The notes under the pieces were generated by a model. That model was not told where the DNA came from and did no database searches. It saw only the letters and a list, made by a program, of their open reading frames with translations. Source: a virus (Duplodnaviria; Heunggongvirae; Uroviricota; Caudoviricetes). Taken from it: 30,320 nucleotides of DNA. Numbering within the stretch: position 1 is the first letter of the stretch; each line of letters begins with the position of its first letter. The translations under genes and the position numbers were made by a program. Location: the IMG/VR virus record IMGVR_UViG_2663762810_000003; one strand, written 5' to 3'. This document shows, one piece after another, positions 1 through 6,274 of this stretch.

Positions 1-1002
1 TTACCCTCTATTGTCAAAAGGATTCAATTCAACAGCAGCCTCTAAATGACCTGGAGCAAAATGCGCATAACGCATAGTCATTTTTATATCGCTATGCCCC
101 AGTATTTTTTGCAACACAAGAATATTTCCGCCCCGCATCATAAAATGACTGGCAAACGTGTGACGTAGCACATGAGTTAATTGCCCATCAGGAAGCTCGA
201 TCTTCGCTCTCTTAATTGCAGCGTCAAAAGCCTCATAACATGGTGAAAATAGCGCTCCTCGTTTTTTGGGAAGCATAGCCTGCAATTGAGGTGAAATCGG
301 TACAGTGCGGTTCTTCTTTCCTTTAGTTTTAACAAATGTGATTCGACCGGGCAGTACTTGAGATTGCTTTAATCCTTCTGCTTCACTCCACCGAGCACCA
401 GTCGCAAGCCCAATACGGACAACAACCCCCAAATCTTTATTCCGTGACTCATCACACGCAATCAGAAGGCGTTCAATCTCATCTACATACAGAAACGCCA
501 GTTCCTTTTCTTCCTCACGAAACTTGCGAATACCAGTCAGGGGGTTTTCACCAGACCACTCCCCAAGGCGCTTCAGTTCGGCAAAAACAGCATGTAGATA
601 TGACTGCTCGCGATTAACGGTTGCTTCACTAAGTTTTTTCTTCCCCTTGGGATTCCATTCTCCTGATAGCCTTCTTTCCCGATAAGTGGCAAACATATTT
701 TTGTCAAACTGAGAAGCAAATGGATCTCCCAGCCTGGAACAAATCGCCTCAAGTTTGACTTTGCGCTCTGCACCAGAGGACAAGGTTTTACCGTACATCT
801 CAAACCAACGAGCAATCAACTCAGAAAGACGAGGACCAGAACCATCTTGAAACTCGTCTCCAACTCTACTATTCATTAAACGGCGCTCATAAGAGAGCGC
901 CTCACTTTTTGTCGCAAACTGTTTACGAATGCGTTTTCCCGATGCCCCGTAGGGATAACATTCGCAAAGCCATTTACCTGATGGAATCTTACGAACCGAC
1001 AT
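1..1002 (-). CDS. int: P2-family tyrosine integrase
   Basis: 333 aa; C-terminal catalytic signature HVLRHTFASHFMMRGG...LGHSDIKMTMRYAHFAP and N-terminal GKRIRKQF...KSEA match the P2 Int pattern; stop codon is at window position 1-3. Confidence 0.9.
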   Translation of the reverse strand: MSVRKIPSGKWLCECYPYGASGKRIRKQFATKSEALSYERRLMNSRVGDEFQDGSGPRLSELIARWFEMYGKTLSSGAERKVKLEAICSRLGDPFASQFDKNMFATYRERRLSGEWNPKGKKKLSEATVNREQSYLHAVFAELKRLGEWSGENPLTGIRKFREEEKELAFLYVDEIERLLIACDESRNKDLGVVVRIGLATGARWSEAEGLKQSQVLPGRITFVKTKGKKNRTVPISPQLQAMLPKKRGALFSPCYEAFDAAIKRAKIELPDGQLTHVLRHTFASHFMMRGGNILVLQKILGHSDIKMTMRYAHFAPGHLEAAVELNPFDNRG

Positions 1003-1007
1003 TTTAG

Positions 1008-1355
1008 TTACTTATCACATAAATCAAATGCAGCCTTAGTGACATCCCCCAGACTCTTTTTTAACCCTGGGGCGGCATCATTATCTAGCCAAAATGGATT
1101 ATTGTTATCTAACGGTAACGCACCAAATGTTTTACCTTTTATTCGAGCCAAACCTGTAAGTGCATATAACTTATTATCGTCAAAATTCATCACATAAGGA
1201 TTACCATCAAGACACTGTAATTGAACCTCATCAGTATTAAATGGCCATACCCCATTGAAACTCTCACGTTCAATAGTTTTAAAAGGCATTGCGACGGCGG
1301 AAAAAGAAAACATAGATAAAAAAGTAACTAATAGTTGAACCTTTTTTACTTTCAT
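1008..1355 (-). CDS. small secreted/periplasmic protein (signal peptide, two Cys), cargo gene between int and repressor
   Basis: 115 aa; N-terminal hydrophobic signal-like segment LLVTFLSMFSFSAVA; GAGGT Shine-Dalgarno 7 nt upstream; stop is 5 nt from the int start; locally AT-rich. Confidence 0.55.
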   Translation of the reverse strand: MKVKKVQLLVTFLSMFSFSAVAMPFKTIERESFNGVWPFNTDEVQLQCLDGNPYVMNFDDNKLYALTGLARIKGKTFGALPLDNNNPFWLDNDAAPGLKKSLGDVTKAAFDLCDK

Positions 1356-1384
1356 ATCATTACCTCAATTTAGCTCAAGTAAGA

Positions 1385-2035
1385 TTACAAATTAAAAAAC
1401 GCCCTAGAAATGACACCGCCTACCAAAACCCCTACGCAGATAAAGAATATTATTTCTTTTGGATAAAGTCGGATTAATTCTGAAGCACGAAGTCGGACCT
1501 CTGGTAAGGTCGAACTCTCTGTGTGGCTTGATGCCGATTGTTGCTCTAACCACGACAATGCAGACTGTAACTGAGAACGAGTAAGATCGTTTAAACGTCC
1601 TGTACCGAAATTGATATGGCAATACCGCAGAAGTTTTTGTCGAAGTCCACAGTCTTCACTGTTACGTAGTAATAAACTTACAAGAGCCTTACAGGCATCA
1701 TGATCTTTACATCGCTCAAGCATTGCATGCAGAAAACTCTCCGCTGTTTTATATTGATTTACTGTCATATCATCAATACCAGCTACACCAATCTCCGCAT
1801 GTACTTTTTGCCAAATAATAAACGCTTCAGTATTGCTAGCTTCTGCAATAGCAGCAACCAAGCTATTTAGCTCCTTACGCTGAGCCTTAAGCAAAGGGCG
1901 ATCGTCATCATCATTATTCGAAGGGATTGCGATATTGACAGTATGAGAACCATCATATCGCTCTATCTGAATATTCTTTTCGTGAAAATCACGCCCAGCA
2001 ACGCGATTGTTTGAACCGTTTGAGTTGACGGCCAT
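1385..2035 (-). CDS. hypothetical protein with C-terminal transmembrane anchor; N-terminus shares a motif with the repressor C-terminus
   Basis: 216 aa; strong SD (GGAGGTGA) before the ATG; C-terminal hydrophobic segment IIFFICVGVLVGGVISRAFF; N-terminal NGSNNRVAGRDFHE resembles SGGNNRIAGRDYNE at the end of the upstream repressor. Confidence 0.55.
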   Translation of the reverse strand: MAVNSNGSNNRVAGRDFHEKNIQIERYDGSHTVNIAIPSNNDDDDRPLLKAQRKELNSLVAAIAEASNTEAFIIWQKVHAEIGVAGIDDMTVNQYKTAESFLHAMLERCKDHDACKALVSLLLRNSEDCGLRQKLLRYCHINFGTGRLNDLTRSQLQSALSWLEQQSASSHTESSTLPEVRLRASELIRLYPKEIIFFICVGVLVGGVISRAFFNL

Positions 2036-2050
2036 GTCACCTCCCTACTA

Positions 2051-2455
2051 TCACCTACCCTTAGTTTCGTTATAGTCACGACCAGCGATACGGTTATTAC
2101 CACCAGAAATATTTAACTCACGTCCTGATGGCTGAGTTTCCTTTTCACTGATCGCACCTTTTAAAGCCCCAATCACCGCGTTTTTCACATCTAACGAAGC
2201 TGCTCGAAAGCGAGTAATCAACTCCTGCTCATCATCGTTATAAGTTTCAGGTGAGTGAATTCCCAACACAACATACTGAACATCAAGGCCAAAACGAGAC
2301 AGCGCTGCCAAATACGCAGCATCAGGAAAGCTATCTCCTTTCTCATATCTAAGCTGAGTTAGCTTTTTGACTCCACCAATGTCGCTCATGGCAACTTGAC
2401 TAAGTCCCAATCTTTCCCTTTCCTCACGCAACCGCTGACCAATATCATTTTTCAT
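2051..2455 (-). CDS. HTH (XRE/CI-like) immunity repressor
   Basis: 134 aa; N-terminal helix-turn-helix QRLREERERLGLSQVAMSDIGGVKKLTQLRYEKG; divergent from the rightward early operon, as for P2 C / 186 CI. Confidence 0.8.
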   Translation of the reverse strand: MKNDIGQRLREERERLGLSQVAMSDIGGVKKLTQLRYEKGDSFPDAAYLAALSRFGLDVQYVVLGIHSPETYNDDEQELITRFRAASLDVKNAVIGALKGAISEKETQPSGRELNISGGNNRIAGRDYNETKGR

Positions 2456-2464
2456 ACAAAAACC

Positions 2465-2493
2465 TTGACAGGTATCTTTTTTGATACCAAAAT
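2465..2493 (+). promoter_or_regulatory. candidate rightward early promoter (TTGACA, 17-nt spacer, CAAAAT) with embedded perfect palindrome GGTATC-N6-GATACC (2471-2488), a likely repressor operator
   Basis: Read directly in the 75-bp divergent intergenic region between the repressor and the first early gene. Confidence 0.35.
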
Positions 2494-2530
2494 GATTTCA
2501 CGAGCTATTAGATGATCACAATATACCACT

Positions 2531-2737
2531 ATGAAACAAGTTCTTCACGATACCAGATCACGCATTCCGCGTAACACCGCCACAGGTCCAAGACTGGCAC
2601 TTCGGCTGTCCCTCGAGGAGCGAGCCGTCATTGATGAAATGGCAGCTAAAGAACAACGCTCATCCTCTAACATGGCGCGCATGATCTTCCTTCGCGGCCT
2701 AGAGCTAACCCAGAAAGAACAAAACAAATCTTCCTGA
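2531..2737 (+). CDS. small ribbon-helix-helix-like DNA-binding protein, first gene of rightward early operon (Cox/Cro position)
   Basis: 68 aa; LALRLSLEERAVIDEMAAKEQRSSSNMARMIFLRGLE resembles a strand-helix-helix fold; no obvious SD, consistent with a promoter-proximal first gene. Confidence 0.5.
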   Translation: MKQVLHDTRSRIPRNTATGPRLALRLSLEERAVIDEMAAKEQRSSSNMARMIFLRGLELTQKEQNKSS

Positions 2738-2753
2738 TCAGGAGGCTAGTGGG

Positions 2754-2957
2754 ATGTCAGGTATAACCATCAATATCAATGTGAATGCCCCCTATGTATC
2801 CCTGCAGAAATATGCAGAGATAACAGGTATCCCTCTTAATACGTGCAAAAAGATGTTGGCTGACGGTCGAATTATTATCCGCCCCAAACGCGCCAAAATG
2901 GAAAAGCCTGAAGTAAACCTTGTGGCGATGTTAAAAGACGCTTTGGCTAACAGCTAA
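2754..2957 (+). CDS. Cox/Apl-like excisionase-type HTH regulator
   Basis: 67 aa; strong SD AGGAGG; HTH-like VSLQKYAEITGIPLNTCKKMLADGRI. Confidence 0.5.
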   Translation: MSGITININVNAPYVSLQKYAEITGIPLNTCKKMLADGRIIIRPKRAKMEKPEVNLVAMLKDALANS

Positions 2958-2978
2958 AACAATGAACAGAGCACCATC

Positions 2979-3329
2979 ATGAAAAAAAACGCTAATAATC
3001 CATACTCCAAATTTCGTAATGGCGTAGAACGCCATGTACACCACGTCGCTACCAGTGCATCACGTAGTAACAGTCGCTATAACCTGAACGAGACGCACGC
3101 AACACCGGATGGCCACGCTGTAAAACAAATCGGCGAGCATGCCTGGCTGATTGAGAAAGCTGGAATCGTGGTCCACAAATGCCCACGCAATCCGTTTACC
3201 GGAAACCGCATTTTTGCATTGAACTGCGGCGACAATCACTTCGGGCAGGATTTCACATTATACGAAGCACTTCGCACGGTTGATCGTCTGCTTCGCGGGC
3301 AAAGTTTTATTAAACAGGCTGATTTATAA
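2979..3329 (+). CDS. hypothetical early protein
   Basis: 116 aa ORF, co-oriented and tightly packed in the early operon. Confidence 0.45.
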   Translation: MKKNANNPYSKFRNGVERHVHHVATSASRSNSRYNLNETHATPDGHAVKQIGEHAWLIEKAGIVVHKCPRNPFTGNRIFALNCGDNHFGQDFTLYEALRTVDRLLRGQSFIKQADL

Positions 3330-3339
3330 CAGGTGCTTT

Positions 3340-3618
3340 ATGACCAAAGAGCATGCACAAGGTGTATTTATCCGTTTTATTGATTTTCGCGGTGAACTGT
3401 TATTACGCGCATCAGCCATTGACGGAGTTGTTCCATCCGAAAAAAACGCAGCTACTTACGTTTATCTGAACGGTACGCGCCTGACTGTGGAGCTTCCGTA
3501 CCAAACCGTACGAGAAATCATTAGCGAAGCTGAAAAGGCACGTCAGGTTAATGGCGATGAACCCTATATCGAAATTATTTGTATGGATTCAGAAGCTGAA
3601 ATTCAGAAAGCAGATTAA
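3340..3618 (+). CDS. hypothetical early protein
   Basis: ATG at 3340 preceded by AGGTG; the track ORF from 3280 probably over-extends the N-terminus. Confidence 0.45.
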   Translation: MTKEHAQGVFIRFIDFRGELLLRASAIDGVVPSEKNAATYVYLNGTRLTVELPYQTVREIISEAEKARQVNGDEPYIEIICMDSEAEIQKAD

Positions 3619-3629
3619 AGGGCGTTGCG

Positions 3630-3872
3630 ATGGGCAAAGAATATAAAACTCTCATTAACAAAGCACTTGAACGATTTTATTTTCGCTTAAGTGCATCAGG
3701 CGCTCATGCTGAACATGCAGCCCGTGACTCATTGACCAGGGCAATCCGGAGTTTGTATGACGTTGCTTTTTACGCTGATGATCTGGATGCACTTAACGAA
3801 CTTTCCGAGCTGATCTGTGCCGCAGAATGCGGGGAACACATTGAACCGTATAAGCTGGGGAATATCGCATGA
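3630..3872 (+). CDS. hypothetical early protein
   Basis: 80 aa ORF with AAAGGG upstream. Confidence 0.45.
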   Translation: MGKEYKTLINKALERFYFRLSASGAHAEHAARDSLTRAIRSLYDVAFYADDLDALNELSELICAAECGEHIEPYKLGNIA

Positions 3873-3982
3873 GTATATTTATCTCATGGCTTGTTCTGAT
3901 TATTTCGGTGGCCTGCGCCATTGGGATTATGCGAATTATTCATTCAGTAAAAAAGATTGAACGCTTTTTCACTGACAAATAA
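3869..3982 (+). CDS. small predicted membrane peptide (37 aa), start overlaps the upstream stop (ATGA)
   Basis: MSIFISWLVLIISVACAIGIMRIIHSVKKIERFFTDK; single hydrophobic helix; below the ORF-track length cut-off. Confidence 0.3.
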   Translation: MSIFISWLVLIISVACAIGIMRIIHSVKKIERFFTDK

Positions 3983-4074
3983 CAGCTTAAACAAAACACC
4001 AGATTAAACCCGAAAACCTGAAAACTATCCGCATTCGCGGAGGTATTCGCACACGTAAATAACGGAGATATAAA

Positions 4075-4491
4075 ATGAACGCAAAAGAAAAAAATATTAT
4101 CAATACATTAAAAATAGTGTCAGCAGAGCAAGACAAGCTGTCCAGGGCAGCCCAGAAAGATAATCAACATATGGCAGCGCTTTACGCACTGACCATCGCA
4201 ATAGCCACCTCTGAAGCAGCCAAAGTTATTGAGGAACAGAGCAAAGAAATCGACACTCTTAAAACACAGTCAACAGTTGCAGCCATGAATCCGTCCAGCA
4301 TTGGACGCTGCATTTATATTCTTGGTTCAGCAATGATGCTGCAATACACCATTATTGCCGAACTGCACGGCAAATACCTGATAACGCCTTACCACACAAA
4401 AGAGTCTGAGCTTCTGACAAATCTCCGCCTGATAGAACGCTCTCAAGCTGTATTCATTGATGACGCGCAACGTGCCGTATTTAACGCATAG
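4075..4491 (+). CDS. hypothetical protein (138 aa), locally AT-richer, possible moron
   Basis: GGAG SD; composition differs from neighbouring early genes. Confidence 0.5.
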   Translation: MNAKEKNIINTLKIVSAEQDKLSRAAQKDNQHMAALYALTIAIATSEAAKVIEEQSKEIDTLKTQSTVAAMNPSSIGRCIYILGSAMMLQYTIIAELHGKYLITPYHTKESELLTNLRLIERSQAVFIDDAQRAVFNA

Positions 4492-4514
4492 GGTTACTGG
4501 ACAAAGGGGGCGCA

Positions 4515-4718
4515 ATGGCAATTAAGCATTTTTCCGTCGTTCGCTTTACCTCCAGAGGGCGCGAATACGAGGTCGACGAACGCCTGATTACCACTATCGA
4601 CAAACATCGTTCGGAAAAGGATGCGCACCACATCTACCTCACTGACGGCACTTATTTCTGCGCCACCAACGTGGCGCGGGTGAATCTTATCCGACAAGTA
4701 CAGGAGCCACGCAGATGA
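4515..4718 (+). CDS. hypothetical early protein (67 aa)
   Basis: SD AAGGGGG 6 nt upstream; overlaps the next ORF start (ATGA). Confidence 0.4.
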   Translation: MAIKHFSVVRFTSRGREYEVDERLITTIDKHRSEKDAHHIYLTDGTYFCATNVARVNLIRQVQEPRR

Positions 4719-4981
4719 CCATTCTGGACTACATCGCTACTCATCCGGGGTGTAGCGGCGGAGAGATCGCCGCAGCACTGAATACTCCAACCACAGCCAT
4801 TAATGCTGAGTTACGCCAACTTTGGCGCGGCGGCTTAGTCATCAGAACAAACCGCAGCACAGGTGGTCGCGCTCGCAAAACTGGAGGCCAGGCTTCTTAC
4901 CACGTAAACCCGATGCCGTTCGGGTGTAGCAATCCACTTACTCACATGTTTAACCAGCTACTGAAGGAAGCCAGAACATGA
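4715..4981 (+). CDS. hypothetical small protein, possible winged-helix DNA binder
   Basis: 88 aa; AGGAG SD; translationally coupled to its neighbours. Confidence 0.45.
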   Translation: MTILDYIATHPGCSGGEIAAALNTPTTAINAELRQLWRGGLVIRTNRSTGGRARKTGGQASYHVNPMPFGCSNPLTHMFNQLLKEART

Positions 4982-5277
4982 GCACCATCAACCACCAGAA
5001 GCTACGCGAACTGGCATTTGCCCTGCAACGAATGGCAACGCCTCAAAAATTACTGGCATTTCGCGCAATGCTCTCGCCGTCTGCTGTGCTGGCACTGCTG
5101 GATCAGCTGGAGCACGCCAGAACCACGGCTCCTGCCATTCGCCTCACGCTCCATCATGAAATCGCTGATTTCTGCGCAACGCTGGGGGCACCTGGCGAAC
5201 CGGAAACGCCGGAAGCAATGCAGCAAGAGCTGCTGCAACGCATCGATAACGTTTTTGATTTTTTTCTGAACCAGTAA
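4978..5277 (+). CDS. hypothetical early protein (99 aa)
   Basis: AAGGAAG SD; ORF ends before the structured intergenic region. Confidence 0.45.
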   Translation: MSTINHQKLRELAFALQRMATPQKLLAFRAMLSPSAVLALLDQLEHARTTAPAIRLTLHHEIADFCATLGAPGEPETPEAMQQELLQRIDNVFDFFLNQ

Positions 5278-5298
5278 GAAACCAGAACATGCACACAC

Positions 5299-5560
5299 AA
5301 AAAAACCGCTTGCCATGCCTCAATCGGTCAGGTTACATTTCCGCTGCACCTCATAAAACGGGTGCCGGGATTCTCAACCCGATACAGAGCAAAGCGCATA
5401 ACCGCGCAAGCGGTTTTTTTGTGCGTACTGTATTGCCACGTCTTTTTCGCGTCAGAATTATGGCGGGGCGTACGGGGCCGACTTCGGTCGGGCCGGATTC
5501 TTTGCTCTCCGGTGTTGAGAACCCTGTACGTCTCGCCACCCCGAGATTCTCAACTCTGGA
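5299..5560. repeat. structured non-coding region: 15-bp perfect inverted repeat (5299-5313 / 5406-5420), imperfect 25-28 bp inverted repeat (5367-5394 / 5500-5524), GATTCTCAAC copies at 5369 and 5545 plus an inverted variant at 5512-5521, and a UUCG-loop hairpin (5476-5494)
   Basis: Read directly in the sequence; no ORF with an SD spans it. Confidence 0.5.
5400..5420 (+). terminator. candidate rho-independent terminator (AACCGC-GCAA-GCGGTT followed by a T run)
   Basis: GNRA-type loop, short stem, seven T; may instead be one arm of the long-range inverted repeat. Confidence 0.4.
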
Positions 5561-5599
5561 TGGTGAGTTATTTCTATCACCGAGCAAAGAGGCCACACC

Positions 5600-5830
5600 A
5601 TGGCAGACCGCAAACAGCACCGCGCTATCGCGGAGCGTCGTCACATCCAGACTGAAATCAACCACAGACTTTCCCGCGCATCACGCGTCGCGCAAATCAT
5701 GCACATCAATATGCTGCATGAGCGCAGCCACGCACTATCAAACATTTATTCCGCCTCTGTTTTCAGCTATCTGGCGGATGATCTGCACGAGCTTCAACAG
5801 CTCATCCAGCAGCAAAACAAACTCCATTAA
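5600..5830 (+). CDS. hypothetical protein (76 aa)
   Basis: SD AGAGG 8 nt upstream of the ATG. Confidence 0.45.
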   Translation: MADRKQHRAIAERRHIQTEINHRLSRASRVAQIMHINMLHERSHALSNIYSASVFSYLADDLHELQQLIQQQNKLH

Positions 5831-5902
5831 TTCCTGTTCCGGGCCTTTCCTGCACCTTGCTGCGGGAGGCCTTCGCACATCTGTAACAAGAGGATTGCCG
5901 CA

Positions 5903-6268
5903 ATGATTCTCGCCAACGACTTTCTTGAATACCTGCTCAACACAGAACGTGATCTTGCCGCTCGCGTGCGTGATCGTTATGACATGTACCTGAAATCCCT
6001 GCCTGTACCGCAGCTCGCTGACGGAAAGATTGTTATTGATGGTCGCTACATGATTGACAGCCACGAGGGAAATTACAGGCTTTACCGCATTGAAGGTGGC
6101 ACCCCGTCCGTTATTGGCATTTACCAGCGCCCATCCTCTGCAATCGTCGATGTGATTGCCGACAGCATCCGCATCACACATCGCCATGCCGACACAGAAG
6201 ACACCGTGCTGGAAATTCAGCGGCTGGCTACAGTCTGCCGCGACACCCTGAATGGCATGACGAAGTAA
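5903..6268 (+). CDS. hypothetical protein immediately upstream of the replication gene
   Basis: 121 aa; SD AGAGGA; co-oriented with gpA. Confidence 0.5.
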   Translation: MILANDFLEYLLNTERDLAARVRDRYDMYLKSLPVPQLADGKIVIDGRYMIDSHEGNYRLYRIEGGTPSVIGIYQRPSSAIVDVIADSIRITHRHADTEDTVLEIQRLATVCRDTLNGMTK

Positions 6269-6274
6269 ATCACT

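Noticed and set aside
573-815. 80-aa minus-strand ORF inside the integrase gene, and similar short internal ORFs (1404..1622, 2545..2727)
   Set aside because: Nested in alternative frames of well-supported genes; no independent support.
5289-5906. 205-aa plus-strand ORF and overlapping ORFs 5351..5665 (-), 5362..5655 (+)
   Set aside because: Span the repeat-rich intergenic region without SD and run into downstream genes with good SDs; treated as non-coding.
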